Shown: positions 48,601 through 64,000, counted from the stretch's first letter. The stretch: 64,000 nucleotides of DNA from Paraspadella gotoi (GCA_051294375.1 CM119269.1:9546782-9610781), one strand, 5' to 3'. The notes: a model not told the origin generated them from the sequence alone. Translations and numbers: made by a program.

Positions 48601-51600
48601 TTCATATCACCTGTTTGAATGCTCTTCTGTTTTTTCGTCTATTACTGGTTTTAGAATAATTTCTATGTTCTAGATCTGTCTTCTCCTGGAACAAGCTTAT
48701 TCATAACAATCATACATTTACCTTTCTTTTCCTTTGCTTTCTTTCTTTCCTTGCTCCTTATCTTTTTTCATTTATGTCAGGTAACAAAACAAGCATGGCA
48801 AGTAAAATAAATTATTCTACACGGTATTGACATTCGAAAGAGAGACGAGCGCGTAATTATATTTATAAAAAGTATTATTGTTTTAATAGAACTAGAGCAG
48901 AGCTAGAGGTAGAACTATCCAGATTCTTCTCCTAAGCTCCTTCTTGCCTCATCTCAAATCATAATTGAACATGCAACACATATTAGACAGGGTTGTATTA
49001 CAATGTGCACACAACTGCCGAGATCAGATACTGGGCTCTGGTAAGAAAAAAGTAATAAGTAAAGAGACCTTGCTTCTCCGAATATAAAAAACGTGAGTAA
49101 CCACAATCAGTGGAAAACAACTAGCACAAAATGCGTAATTGTCGCTTAATTTGCGAAAACGTTGACACAGAGTCGAGACAACCCAAAGTCCACCGTGGTA
49201 TCTTCTCCATTTCTCAAGAGCTAGCACGACCTACCGGGATTACCTAAAATCAGACTCTTCTTTCCGATACCTTGAACCAAAGGCCAACTCCCTCGCTTTC
49301 GCGTTATTATTTTGAAAACACAAATCTCTTCGGTCTAATACAGTAAACTGTCTATACAATAAACATTGTTCGTCCTATACATTCCCAATATGTATCTCAA
49401 CAATCGTACATCAAGAATACGTACGATCAGGTACTACCTCATATCAATCATGTCTTTCTACTACACTGACTTCTATACGGCTCCCCAAGTCGGACGTGAT
49501 ATGTCAATTCATTCCAGAGTGAGTAACCTCTAAATGCTTCGCTCCCAGAGCCATTATCATACTAGAAACGCATTCACATTGGCATATCTGTCATGCGAAA
49601 CAGATATTACTTCAGATTACACGTATACTAACATCAGATAAATCAAATATTGAGTTTAACATGCCTATAATCCGCTTTTTCTACTAATTCTGAAGTTTAA
49701 CTTTTATCGACAATAGCATAGTAATTTACACTATCGCAATATATAATATATTGAAACAATCAATATGCTATATCGTGTACTCCATTGTATGATGTTGCAA
49801 TTTAAAGAAAGTAATGTACCCTTAATGATGATTTCTTAAACATGCATCGTTCAATCAATCATTAATATCATTATAATTTTATGCTTAAAGTTATCTTTTA
49901 CATATCTCAAGAAATTCCTTAATTTTATCATCCCTCTGACTTCTCTAAAGTGATTTTAATTATCTGGTCAATATTGTTAGTTAACTATTATCTTACTCTC
50001 TCTGATTATATACAGCTGAGTTATATACCCAAAACTCTATCGATAAACTTAGACATCATTCATTAGACTATCTTATTTATCTACATGCATGTACTATGAC
50101 TTTTCTCTCGCCTTTTTCGCTTAACTTTTATAGAGATTCTTTAGGCGCGAGACGAGCAACCGTTTTTGAGTACGCTCGTACGATACTTATCGTTAATGCA
50201 TAGTTCTCGCCGGCGCGTAGCACATGTTACGTCATCCTCTACTTATTAATTCTTATGTCAACTGTCATAAATCTTATCTAAAATCAAAACTAACAAGCAA
50301 GTGAGCACTAATTCTAACGTCCGAAGCTACCCGGAAAAATTAACAACAAATGGAACAGCATAATAGAGATTAAATCTCGTGAATTGCCTATGATTATGAC
50401 ATGCATAGTTAAATCTGAACTCAATGACTCAAACGCTTTCGACAGACCGCGACCTACAAAAGCGAACCACCCTAGTACCGCGACCAACAGCGTATCATCA
50501 GTCTAACAGTAATGATACTAGTAAAATAAGATAGTGCCTTTAACATGCAAATAAGCAATTTGCACAGTGAGAGGTACTCATCGAAAGGACCTGGTCGAAG
50601 ATAGCCTCTACCAGATGGGCGTTACATGCAGAGGCCGTGCCGTACTAGTGTACGGCAACTCGACATCTTCTAGAATCCTATACTGCTTCTTTGTATGCTG
50701 TCAGCTCTGTCTAGTATTACTTATGATGACTCAATACGCACTTCAAACGATATCTGCATAGTGTCCAGCCCGCACAATGAGCAGAACCGACGACAAGAGT
50801 CGGCAATGACATACTCAATAGAAAGTGAAGAAAACGCACGGCAAACGAGGTATCATGCCGCATCCCAAGGAGAACAGAAAGCAGTTGATATTTTAGTGCG
50901 TCATTCCTGTTACATCCTATGCAAGTCACTGGTTATATAAATGTAAGAAAACAAATAACACCAGGTACGGTGGTCCAATGACGGAAAATTCTTGGTTAGA
51001 GTTTCGGAGCGAAATAACGATAGCAAAGCAAAGAGGGACTTAGAGAAGAGATGAGAGCGAAAGCACGAGAAAGGATTGTATGTGCTATCTCTTTAGAAAA
51101 TCACGTCAAAGTTCAAGAAAGCCCTGTACGAACGGACAGAATTAATGAGAATTCTCTTCTAGACAGTCAGGAAGAACCTGAGTCCTAAAGCCGCGATTAT
51201 GGGCGACGTGATCATTCCACATGTATCTTGAGCACGTAGAGAACGCTCACAACGAAGCAACGAGACTCCGACCAGATGCGAGCGAGAGTCGGTGCAGTAC
51301 CTACACATGACAGGTCAGAGGACCGCGAAGAGGCAATGACAGATAAGAGGAAGAGACAGAGAGCAGACCGAGAAAGCATTGGAGAGAGAGAGAGAGACAC
51401 GACAGAAGGAGAGCAAGAGATAGAGAAAGCACGAACGAGAAGAGAGAGAGAGAGAGGAGAATCATGATGATGGCCTCAATATACGAATAACACCAAGAAA
51501 GAGAGAGGTGAAGAGAAAGTCAGAGATTACAAACATCTTTGCGTAGAAGCTTCGAGAAAGCGCTCCAATCTTCACATTCGCTCTCCGCTCATCCCCCAGA

Positions 51601-54600
51601 CCCACGATCTCCCTCTCCAGACCTCATATCAGATCATCTCATTTTCCTCAATCTTCAGCATGCACAGAAGTACTTTCTTTACACTCATCGACTTCCGAGT
51701 TGAAAAGAGAAAAAATCGCACGCGGATCGAAGAAACGAAACAAACAAACAAATAAACAAAAACCAAAAACAATACAGAAAAGAAGTAACACAAAGAAAAG
51801 AATTTTCTGAAAGAAAAGTCACAGAACGAAATAATTTGTTTGTAGTAACGAACTTTTGCTTCTTTATCCCTACATAGGAAAGCGAGCCACTGGCGTCGAG
51901 ATTAGACAAATTTCCGCACTAAGACTTAACGCATCGTTTCTCTTTAACAATAATACAACTCATATTACCTTCGCGACGTCACTACAATTCGGTTTACCTA
52001 ACATTACCCAACACCACTTCATGTTCCATTCAATTCCTTGTTGACCCCTGTCACAACTCCTGACGCGACTCCAAGAGTATAAGCGTGGGAGAACGGACTT
52101 GCAACAGAAGTCGCCGCACACGTCCAGGCCAGCAAAGAACATCATGCGCATTAACATAGCAATGGCCGTGCGCAGAACACTGCGTCAAATCAAACAGCTC
52201 TCGATCTAGGTCCAGTTTGGTTCTGGCAACACAAAATGGAGTTTACGGCTGGCACAGCGTGCATAACCCTTACAATCCTCGCGTGGTGGATCGGTGCAGA
52301 AAGAGAATGCGAGGTCTGTGACAATCATCTAAGTCGCACATCATTGTAACATTAAGATGCTTAAAGGATATTATATCACTCTTTAACTTCTATTCATCTT
52401 CGCCCTTTCATCTCTTAACTCGTTCTATTCTCCTCGTTGCGTATCCGGCGTCCGATCCACTCCTCAATATCGCGACGCATAATCAACGACCGCTCATCCT
52501 TGCTACCTCCTTACTAACCGGCCGGAGTTTTGACTTGTTTGATTGTTCATGCTTCGTCTCGGCGCGATAAACACTGGACAGTACAGAGCGCGGGCAAAAC
52601 GACGTACTCGTGTGAGATATAACAAACTTCGACCTGGTGTTAACCTAACAATTCGGGTCACACCAAAAATTGAGAAAAATTGCCACCACCCCGATTCGGC
52701 GTGCATACCGTAAATGCACAAAAAGGTTCGTCTGGACATCTTTATGGTAAGAGTGAAGTGCGGCTATATTATTAAAGTGACTCCAAATGGCCTCTCTCAG
52801 GTTTCTATTGAATTGACCTCTCGATACATTTCATCAGACTGGTGGACAATGTTCTATTCTAAGGTAATTTAAATTATAACACCGAATATTTGTGTAACTG
52901 TACTTGCGTGCTAAAAGGTGGTTAGTTAGATGTCGCATCTACTAAGTCACGTCTCACTCCGTTTCTCAATATGAAACATGCTCTTTGATTAACTTTATCT
53001 TTGGCATGTAAGACAATTTACCGATACAAACAACGAGTTCATACCTCCTGGTCATTTAACGTCTCATCTGTCTACTCAATCGATCATATTTACACTCCTA
53101 TTTCACTAAAAATATCGCAACTATCCTTTACTCATCCTAGCCACTATCACAGCCATAAAAAATATACTCTACACACTAACTCATGATCTTATATCGAACT
53201 TTTCACATTTTATCTCACCATATCTATCTATCACTCCCTTTTATCATTTTTTATTATCACTCCTCAACAGCGTGGGCCGATGTGACAGTCACCAACGACG
53301 AGCCAACCCGTATATGTCACACCATAGGTTCGCAACTAACGGCCTCCAAGACTTCCGACGATGACCGACGCAGAGTTTGTGACCCACGCCTGAGCAGGAA
53401 TGACGGTCCATTCCCTACCATTATGGGCCCGAAAAGGATGAAATCCTTACCTCTATTAAACCCTCGCTTATATTATATCTCTAGCCCAGACCAGATCAGT
53501 ACCAACTAAGCTTAATATCAATAACCACCGCCCACGTCATCACTTTCAACTCCTCGACGGTCCCATCGACCAATACCTAGCGGCCAAAAAGTCCTCTGTA
53601 TCAAGTATCCATGGCTGCTCGAGTTTGCAGGCATCGGGACAGCATGTGAATTCTGTGTACATTTCCTCTTTAATACCTCATCCTACGCTTATTACATTCC
53701 ATTGATATGAGATTTGCTGTTATGAGAGGGAAAAATACGGATTTTGTTCTTATTCTTAAACTGTAGAGTTTGTATAATCCGGCTATTTGAGATTATCTCT
53801 TCCGTCCATCTTTTGATATGACGTCTGCGCTCAAATCATTATGTCCAAATATAATGATACATCAACTAACTATAATATGATATATGGAACCTGGCCTACA
53901 GACCATCAGTGAAAAATAAGTACAATTTCCTTGAATTAATTTTTTTATGCTCTATCTTTAATCTGCCGTGACACAAAAAACTGAAGGTCCAACCACTATG
54001 TTGCCCAGCCCTGGCCTTCCACTCTCCGCACCCGACGTCACACAACACCCTTCCATCTCTTCCATCTCCATGCGAACACTCAATTTTCACCCCATCCCTA
54101 AGTGATACGAAGATCGATAGTCGAAAGGATGGAAATTCGAGGTCGACCGCCTGTCGCCACCACTACCAATAGTTTGCCTCTACTGTAACCTGGTGAAGTT
54201 TAAGTTCATCCGATAACGCCGGCGCCGCAACTCGAAGCCTGCGTAAAGGAACGACTATCTATGAAGAGCTGAAGAATACTCGTAGGGCAGACGAAGGACG
54301 CGAAATCCGCGCGACCCCACGGAGCATCATATCTCGAGGGATAATTCCGTGCCGCTTCAACCCTGGCCCGTACTTTTCAAGCACTGCCACAGAGTGAGGC
54401 CGCGATACACAAACCTACAATCAACGGTCCACCTTCTGGCGCCGTCGGAAGTCGGTGGGCCGGGATGCGGTTCGCAAACGCGGCCAGACCTCCATGTCCT
54501 CAAGATTATTCGACTGGTCGGAATCCAGAAGTTCTGGGCTCGAACTGCGTCGTCACGCTGCGCAGGCCTATTTTAATCGGTTAAGGGCGGCAATTATGTT

Positions 54601-57600
54601 GCTGGGTTTGACATTGTGCGAGTTGGGTTCTGTTTGATGGGCGAAGGTTTATTGCCCGTCGTATTGTCGATCTGAGGGATGTTAATAAATTATGTTATGA
54701 ACATCACATTTCATTCAATGACAAAAAAGACCTCACCCTGGCACATTCTCGTCAACTTCCTTTTTACGGTATTACTTTTTCTGTTACATTGTCAACCTTT
54801 CGTTTGTCAGTCATAGCATTATACACGCATTACGAAATTATTAATATTATGTATTATTATATTATATTATTAAGTATATTATTACACATTCCAATTCAGG
54901 TTGACGGATTCGAGCGGACCTTGCGCGATTCACAAATATCCCATCAAGGCTGTCAACGTCTCAAGGTAGAGGCAACGTACTTGCATCGATGAAAAAAAAT
55001 TAATCGTGAAAAAAAAAGGATTTTTTCAAACGATGATATTAAAATTAATTAATCTATTGAAAATGTGTAATATACGAGTCTTTGTAACTGTTTATAAATA
55101 ACTAATCCATGATGTATTGAATAAATGTCCTTAAGGTATAAGGCTCAAGAATCCTCTGACATGTTTTTGAGTTAAAAACTTTTTTTGAAAATCGTTTAAA
55201 TGATAAAGAATACGACTTACCCTACCTTTATCGCCTACCTTACCCTCATTCCAAAAAAAAAAAAAAAAGGCCCGGGAACAGGTAAAAGCTCCAGCGAATC
55301 TGTCGTCCGTCATCGACGGTTGGGCCCTCAAAAATTGCGTGCAAAGTCGGTCCTAGACACGCGATGCCACCGACGTCTCCGTGACGAGGCGCCAAATGCG
55401 CCAGTACCTCGACTTCAAGCCTCAACAAGACGGAAGATGAAGTTGGGCGTGGAAGTCCTCGTCGCTGATCCGCGAGTGCAGAGACGAGCAGGACTGGCTA
55501 GGCTCCATCCAGGCGCCTGCATGAGACTCGATCTCACCTCAGAATGATTCTCTCGTCCAGCGAATTTCCGCTCTTGATGGATAGCTCGACAAGCGCGTGA
55601 ATCGGAGATGCGTAGGCCGCCACGGGGGTCGCGCCACCGTCCGTCCTGGCACCACTATCCCACCGGGGCGCAGGAACGGTCGACCGATCTGCCGTCCTCA
55701 GAGTACTTCTGTCGGGACCGGCCGGCCCCCCGACCTGGCCGCCATGGCCGAGCTCCCGCTGCAGCACTGCCAAGAGAAGACGCGATCTCGACCTGACCTT
55801 CTTGACGCTATCTCCGCATCTTGGCCAAAGCGGAACGGCCCACAGCCGCGCTTCCTTGATTACGGACCGGCCTCTCTGCAACTTAGGACGGTGACGAAGT
55901 CAGGCGTTCGCAGGCGTTCATGATGTTGTGCTGTATTCGTCGGAGTGGCCCCATTTAGCCTGGCTGCCCTAATTCTATGCCTCGTAACGGACGAGTTGAC
56001 CAAGGCGACGTGCGATTCTGGGCTTCTGAGAGAAATTTACTGACTCTTTATTCTCCGTCATTAGTGTCTTTCGTTTTATTGGTGGTTTTGGTTTTGTACT
56101 TTTCCGGTCTTGATATAGCGTTGGTCTATCGCTCACATTTATATACTCCTCTTTGTTACTGTGCCGCGCTGTCTCACTATTGGCGTAGCATTTTATTAGG
56201 ATGGTTCGTGTATGCGATGAAATAGAGTAACCTGGCGGTTGACATTATACTAGCATCGATCGAGCTCACTCTTATTTTTCTCCCTCTTGTGAGTCGTCGA
56301 TTTCAGTATTATTACGCGTTTAAATGCGGTCTTTAAATGGTGTCTTTACACTGTGGTTGTTTATCTCGCGAGACATGGTTTGTAACGGTCGTACGTCAGA
56401 CGTAGAAAAAGCCCTTTTGATTTGCATAGCGCCGCGAGTCGCAAGTGCGTCTGTACAGAGAACATTTCGAGTCTCATGAGAACCTAGCTGTCAGAATTTA
56501 TAACGACCGCTGAGCACGGACATTGAAGTCTAAAATATAAAATAAAATAACTTAGTCCTTTTTTTCAAAATAAACTTTTAGTCAGAACTGTTGCGTTCGC
56601 CAGATGGCAAAAACAGAATGCTTTAAGCGACCATTACAATTGAAAAGACCCTCCGTTCAAAGGGCTAGCTCTGCAAATGTGCAGACAGCCCGATGAGCCG
56701 CACCGACTCGTGCAATTCCTAAAGGTGATAGGATCGCCTGAGGACGAGAGAGCGTGCGTGACTGTAGTTCCTCTGATGTGTCACGACGTGTAGCTTCCCT
56801 CCGCACGAACCGCATCTCCTACCTGGTTTTGTGCGAGTGTCTTGCGCCTCTCTCTGGGTCTTTCTACTGTTCCGTGGTCTGGAAGCACGGCCATCACGTG
56901 CCCCGTGGCGCCGCTCACTCGCCATTCCCGCGCCGGGTACAGCGCGCGGACTCTGTATTGTCTTTTGTTCTTATCCTATTCCTCGAGCTTCTATTCCTTT
57001 TCACCTATCTTTCGTTCCGTCTATTATGTCTGTCTTGCTGTTATTATACTCCTGTTAGACCCTCTCTTTCAGACATATTCGATTATCGATCCCGTCGATT
57101 ATAACCCTGGTTTCAACATTGGACTTTACTTAATTATCTATTCAGACAGAACCCAAAAAAACAATCTAATAGTATGCTATCGCCCTCCTTTCTTCCAGGT
57201 TGTCACTCGGGCTCCATCAAGACGGCCTGGTAGAGAGATGGCCCGACAGCGAAAAACCAGAGCTCCCGGACTCCCCGGCCGCGCGGTCGAGAACTACCCA
57301 CGTAGGACTGCCTTGGAGGCGTCTCCAACGACGATCCTGAATATGTCCGGCTAGACCGGAAAGGACCGGAAAAGAGCGGAGAAGGCGCTCGAGCAAGAGA
57401 TGGGAGACAGACGGGAGAATGGGGATGTGATCGAGAATCTCTCGGAAATTATGCGCTCGGAGCTTTCGGGTCGCGGACAACGCTTGAAGGGCCAAGACGA
57501 GCGCTCCGTGGAAAACCGGCAACGCTCGCCCATAGATCAAAGGAGCCTCAAGTTCGCTCGCTGAGGCGGCGAATCAACGATTTTGAGGATGGAATGACTG

Positions 57601-58621
57601 AGGCAAACTGCGTGGCAAGAATTGAAGGAAGCCTAGGATGGTGCCGAGGGACGGTGTCAGTGAGAAGGGGAGCGGCATGGTTGGGGAGATGAAAGGGTGA
57701 GGCCTGTGTGCAGCCCCACACTTGGACGTGGGGAGACGTGGGCAAAACTGGGCATGGCGAATTAAACGATGATAAGATGTGATTGACGCGGAAAGATAAA
57801 GATAAGGACTTTTTAGTATTGAAGTATCTGCCAAAATCGTCTGCATGTGTCAGCGCGTAAAATTGGTAAAGATAATCTTTATGTTGAGCGAGCACTATGG
57901 GGTTGATTAAAATTACTTTAAAAGATAATTTTCATTATAAGTGGCTGGGTTCGGACTGATTAGGATTCGTCTGCTAGGGAAAATCTGACTGGACGCGGGA
58001 AGACAACGAAAAGTAATTAACAATTAAAGTCTGTCTAACGACGGGATAAGAAAATATCACATTTTCAACGGAACGAATTGATTATCATGGATAAGAACGA
58101 ATCACGCTGACACGTGATTGATCATAATGGACCCGATAGGAAAGCCCGATCGTCATGGCCGTCGACATTCCCTGGTGTTATTTATTTTCCTCGGTTGAGG
58201 AAACATTTTTTTTTCCTTTATTAATAATTTAATTCGAGAATGAACAATTTATTTCTTCATGTCATTAAACAGAAATTATAATTATTTGACTCAGTAGAAG
58301 AGAGAAAAGATATCATAAATGAAACTTGACAAATAAAATGTCACGAAATCGAGATGAAAGAAGAGAAGAGAAATCAACTTGATGTCAAGGAGTATATTTA
58401 ATACGGGTTAACTCTTATGCAGCCAGCACTCGACTTGAATAAACAATTTCCGCTGTAGATTAATTTTTCTCTTTTTCTGTTATATTTTGATCTTGCAAAA
58501 AAAAAATTCAAACTTTGAAAATTTGTAATTCGATTCCTCATAAAAAAAAAAATAGGTTAGAAAAAGAAAAAGAAAATTAGTTTCGAAGAGAATAAGNNNN
58601 NNNNNNNNNNNNNNNNNNNNN

Positions 58622-61600
58622 TGCGTGAGCTGTCTGAAGTGAAGGCTGTTTCAAGAAAAAAAAGGTCGCCCCTTGGCGTTTCGAACTACTAACTTTGCAT
58701 CTTAAGGAGTACAGCGATTTAAGTACTAAGTCTCAAGCCTGAGATGAAGAGACGTATTTTCGTCCTGAAATGAAAAATAAATTTGACTTTCATAAAAATA
58801 TAAATATAATATTTTTTTCTTTTTACTATTTTTTTCTATTTTTAAACTTGAAAATTTTACTGATGTTTCTCTTTCACGTCGTCTCATCCGTCGTCGTACG
58901 TCTCTTCAATCGACGTCGACCGTCGTCGCGCTCTCTCTCCTCTTATGTTCGTCGTTTTTGAGGAAACTACTCGGTGATTAGTTTTTTAGCTCTCGTCCTG
59001 CAAGCGCGTCCTCCTCCCATAGCGATCGCTACAACCGAACGAAATGGAAATCCATCTTAATATAATAGCGAAAGAGCTTGATGGAAGAGACGCAGTGGAG
59101 AAAAGTGCTGCATGGAAAGCAGGGGAGAAAAAGTGCGATTGGATTGTATGAGAGTTAAAGGTGCGAGACGAGAAATGAAGCTTTAACGATGAGAGTTCAT
59201 TCACCGATGAGAGAGAAGAGAATGAGAGAGACGAGAGAGAGAGAGAGAGAGAGAACGAGAAATTGAGAAACATTATTGGGAAAAAGAAAAGCGATAAAAA
59301 AGTCTCAAGTAGGTTGATTTAAAAAGGAGGTAAAGAGAAAGAGAAGAGAAGGGAGAGAGAGACTGAGAGAGAAGAGATAGAGACGAGAGAAGAAAGACAA
59401 GAGAGAGAGGGGAGACCGAACAATTCACTAGAATGAGATATTTTTTTCCTTCCACTCGATAAAATAGCATAACACATCCTCAAGAATTCGAGAAAAAACA
59501 AAAAACAAAATAAAAAGTTCTAAATAAAATGATACAAAAATAAAAAAAAAGAAAAAGTAAAAAAAAATATTGTATTTAAATTTTTATATTTATATTGATT
59601 TACAAATCAGCTTTGAACTAAGTAAATATATGAAAAAAGAAAAATGAGCTACTTTTTGGGCTCTTTTTTTCATTATTTGTTTAATTTCATTATTATTTCA
59701 CCTTTTTTCAGATTTCTTCTGTATCCGAGTTGATCATTTGAATCTTCACGTCCTATCATCTCGTCAGTCGTCTTCTATCCGCCGTGTCGTCGTCCGTACT
59801 TCGTCTTCGTTCTGTTTTATCTCGCTTAATATTCCTGCTTCGAACTCTATTTCATCGGATTTGAAAAAAAAAAGAAGGAAATACAACAATAAATTAAAAA
59901 AAAGAAAAAAAAAAAAAATCTCCGCAGGTGATAAAATGGATCGTTTGTTGGGCCGGCGTATGTGGAGACAGGGGGGGACGGAAGCAGAGATGAAATGAGA
60001 GAGAGAATGTTTAAAAAAAAGGAAAGGAGAAGAAGGAGGAAAGAGAAGCAAGGGAAGATTGAACAAATGAATGATAGGATAGAATATTTTAAAAGGATAA
60101 AAAAAGTTTTAAACAACTCAAAAAAAGAAAATACAATTATAAAATTAATAATGAAATAAAAATAAATAAAAAAAAGTCAGACAAAAATATACTATGATTG
60201 AAAAAGCAAAGATGATCAAAAAATGAAAAAAAAATAGAAAATTGAAAAACCTCGTTGTTCATTATTCACATAATTTGATTTAACTAAAATAGAACGAAGA
60301 AAAAAAACCTTTTTTGCTAGTCGCACAAGCCTCTTAGCGCAAGAAAAGCGAACGCCGTTTTCGATTCCATATAATATAAGCGCTAATTTTTCAGTTCCAT
60401 ACGCAAATATACAATATATATTTTTATCAAATATACACGACATTAAAATATACATGATCTCAGCGAAACCAGAGATTTCATCACTGGCAATCTATCGAGA
60501 CTCATCCCTTGAATTCTTATGAAGAAGAAATTACGAAAGAGAGAAACGAAGAGAGAGAGAAAAGATGAGAGATGAGAGAGAGAGAGAGAAGAGAAGAAGA
60601 GAGTGAGAGAAGAGAGGAGAGAAAAAAAAAAAAAAAGAAAATAAAATCCCTGGAAAAAGAAAAACAACGCGTTTGAATCTTGATGAATATTGGGAATAGA
60701 AAGAGAAATAAGAGAGAAATGAGAGGAGAGATGAGAGAGAGAGATGAAGAGAAGATAGGAGAGAGGAGAGAGAGAGAGACAAAGAGATGAAGAGAGAGAG
60801 AGAATATATTTATTCTTGTGAAACCCGAGATAAAAAATACGTCGGCTTCGAAACGATAGCCGCTGAATGATAAAGAGTGGAGAGAGAGATGAAGAGAGAA
60901 GGGAGGGAAGAAAAGGAAGAGTAGAGAAAAAAGATCAAGAGAGCGAAACTGAGAAAAATAAAAAAACGTAAAAATGAGAAGCAAACAAAGTAAATAGAAA
61001 AAAGTATATAGAAAAAAATCATCCCTAGTGGATAGAAAAACTGTGTTAAGAACAAAAGTATCCAGTTCAGCTTGAACAAAGTAGAGACCGTGGGAAGGGC
61101 AAAGTAGTTTTATAGTTTGAAGGAAAGTCGATAACAATTTGTCTTTTGAAGCCTAAAGGATGCGTCTAAATAAAGAAGCTGAATTACAAGGAAGTAATGG
61201 GTTTAGAAATTAGAACCACGTTATACAGAATGATTGGAGCTTGTACGGGACTATGATTTATTCTTTTGGCTAAAGAATGATGCGCGAAAGGCAAAGATCT
61301 TGAAATTGGGGCAAAGGGATGATTTGTACAGGCCAACAATTCTTGCTTGGGCTAAAGTGATTTGCGAAACTGAGCATTAAGGCGGGCCAATTTTAATTCT
61401 TTTACATTTCTTTTTCTCTTATAAAAATACTTGCTCCCTTTATAACCATATAACTGATTATGATGTTTAGATTGAATTAATCATTTTTCCTCACGCATTG
61501 GAAAATATTTTATAAAAATATATAAGAAAAAGCTTAAAATATTTTTTTGGAACATTTCAATTTCTTAAAAATGGATTCTGATTAAGATTAAAGTTAGATA

Positions 61601-63662
61601 AAATTAGTATTACAAATTTTAAAAATTTATAATATAAATGGTTTAAATATTAGAATAAAAACTTTAAAAATCACAATCATCTTAGCATCAAAGAATTTGA
61701 TAGTTTTATTAATTTCATTCAGACAAATCATTTAAAATTCAAAAAATTATAATAAGAAATTTATCTACTTTTATGCTCTATAAATCTAAAAACAAATTTA
61801 AATTTAAATATAACAATATTTATACCGCGACTTCATGTTATTTTAGTAACCTGTTCGCCTTACTGAGAATTCAGTGAGTGGAAAGAGAAATGAGTTGAAG
61901 CGAAAACGAGGAGTAATAACGCCAGTATAGTTGAGAGAGAGAGAGAAGCTTCACTCCAGGAAAGAGAGAGAAGATAGAGAAAGGTTTCGGTCCGGAAGTG
62001 AAAAGGGGTGTAGTTAACCACCGAAAAATACGTTATACTTCCCAACCGTTCCCCATAAATCTATGAAGCTGTCAAAACAAAGAAGGAAAAATGAGTATGA
62101 TTCTTGAAGAGAGGAAAGGTGAGAAGGAAGAGAGAGGAGAGAAAAGAGAAGAAACGGTGAGATGGAGAGTAGAAGGTTCATTGAGAAGAGTAATAGTTCA
62201 TGAGGAGTAAGGAGTGATAGGCAGGGAGGAAGAGTAAATGAACAAGTGAAAGTGAGTAAGACTGAGGGAGAGCAAGAGGAGGAGAGCAGAAGTCAGGAGA
62301 GACACCTTTGCGAGTGACAAGGCACTAATAGAGAGATGCAGAGAAATATTTGTCAGCGTTTTCACGTGAGACAGAGAACCGTAACTCTGTATCGTGTATG
62401 ATTAATGTGAACTGTTCATTTTTTATGTTTATACACACATTTTTTATATTCATTGAAAGGCTGAAAATGAAATATGGAAAGGTAAGAAGGAAAAGTATTT
62501 AATATACTGGCGAACTTATAAGAGAAAGATTGATTTTCACAACGAATTAATTTGTTTTAATTGCAGAACGAAATCTCAGCCGCAAACAATTTGTGAAATT
62601 ACAAAAGTTTAAGCAATGTGACATTAAAGTTTGAAGAGAGAGAGAGACGACCGAGCGAGAGAGATGGATGAGAGAGAGAAGAGAAAGAGAGAGGAGAGAG
62701 AGGAAGAAGAGGACTAACAGAGAGAGAGAGACGAATTTATAAAAAAATATAATTGAGGCAAGATGAAGATTTAATAGTGACGACGACAAACGACAGGAAA
62801 TCTTCTTCTTTCTTCCTCTCTCGTCCTACCATGTTCTTGTTTTCGCTCCTTGCATTCTCTGTTACACAAGCCCAACAAAATAGATTTTTATAACCCCATA
62901 CAGAAATGACATCGGCCTGAGTTGACTTGACAGTCATCCACTAATGACGTCGCCTTGAGTAGTCGCTTGCACAGTCGCTTGACAGATCGCACCATGATCA
63001 AATTGACAGTCGCCTGACAGTTCGCCAGAAATTTTGCCTGACAGTTCTCCTGACGTCCCTTATACATTCAGCTGTTCTGTGTCGATCAAAATGACGAATA
63101 ATTTTTTTTGACCATACAGCTGTCTTAGGAATGCCAGTGATTTTTTGATTACGCATTTTTCGGCTTAACTTGTCAATTTAATGACTGAGCAGCTTGTTCG
63201 TTCTTAAATCTGTCTATTGATCTGATAGTCACGTTACTATGCCAGATCATGTTCAATGTATTTAGTTGCATGAATTTCAGCTCACTTCTTTATTTGACTA
63301 TAATTGCATTGAATTAAAATGTTTTGCTATGTATACTAGCTTTACAAATTGTTCTAATCGATGAATAGTGGCAGCAGGCAGCATGGTAGTCTCTCTTCAA
63401 TAGGCTTTACAATCTTAGCCACAGTTTGAATCTAACCGCATTTTCAGGCGAAGGTTTTAGCTGCCGTTTTTAGAACTTCGGGCAGCCCAGGAGTAGACCG
63501 ACAACCGACCAATCTATACCCTTTGCCCGAATACTGAATACCGTTCTTCTGGTTCGACCGACCGATTAGTCGGCCAGATGATCATGACTGCCGGACACCG
63601 TTTGCGGCTTTTGCTGCGGACATATCGATTTGAATCTCTCTCTCTTCATCTCTCTCTCTCTT

Positions 63663-63694
<32 letters not shown>

Positions 63695-64000
63695 ATCTCT
63701 CCTCTCTCTCTCTCTCTCTTTCCCCTTTATTAAGTATCACTCCACCTCTCACTCATTTTTTCTCTCCCCCCAATCCATTTAAGCCGTTGTCCCTTTTCAA
63801 ATATAATATACAATATAGTAAAACATTTTAAATTAAACATAATTTCAAAGCAAAAGTGTGAAACGAATTCGATCCACATTATTAATAATTAACAGCGCAA
63901 TCGAAAAATAAACTATTACAAAGTTTGTGAGAAAAAATTCAAGTTGACGAAGCAGATCTTTGTTAAACAGAGCCTTGAACATAAGACTAAGAAAAGGGAA
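58622..64000 (+). repeat. Low-accuracy duplicate of 30696-38160 lacking the hAT MITE
   Basis: Colinear anchors with dense indels; starts right after a 25-N gap; empty MITE site near 62425. Confidence 0.9.

Overview
AT-rich, (GA)n/(GAC)n microsatellite-laden eukaryotic (animal-type) draft genome sequence with short GT-AG introns. Most ORF-track entries are microsatellite read-throughs. Three spliced genes can be reconstructed by hand. (1) A minus-strand multi-pass membrane gene (9 exons visible, 6471->97, running off the window start) resembling gustatory-receptor-like 7TM ion channels (GrlHz/DUF3537-type). (2) A complete 6-exon calreticulin gene (3020-5124, +, 413 aa, ending KDEL) nested antisense inside the 3-kb intron 2 of gene 1. 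(3) The 5' half of a divergent SLC16/monocarboxylate-transporter-like MFS gene (42098-~43994, +). Mobile DNA includes a 614-bp palindromic hAT-type MITE present as both filled and empty sites, a truncated LTR retroelement whose tRNA-Lys(CUU) complementarity continues in colinear blocks beyond the PBS, and a ~1.45-kb foldback element with a TTAGGG-like core. About half the window consists of noisy direct or inverted copies of itself (8.36-15.56 kb vs 15.6-27.0 kb; 30.7-38.2 kb vs 58.6-64 kb). These mostly abut exact 25-N gaps, suggesting long-read gap-overfill or haplotype artefacts. An error-free 281-bp inverted repeat marks an apparent inversion breakpoint. The segment 45.6-58.6 kb looks like low-accuracy sequence.
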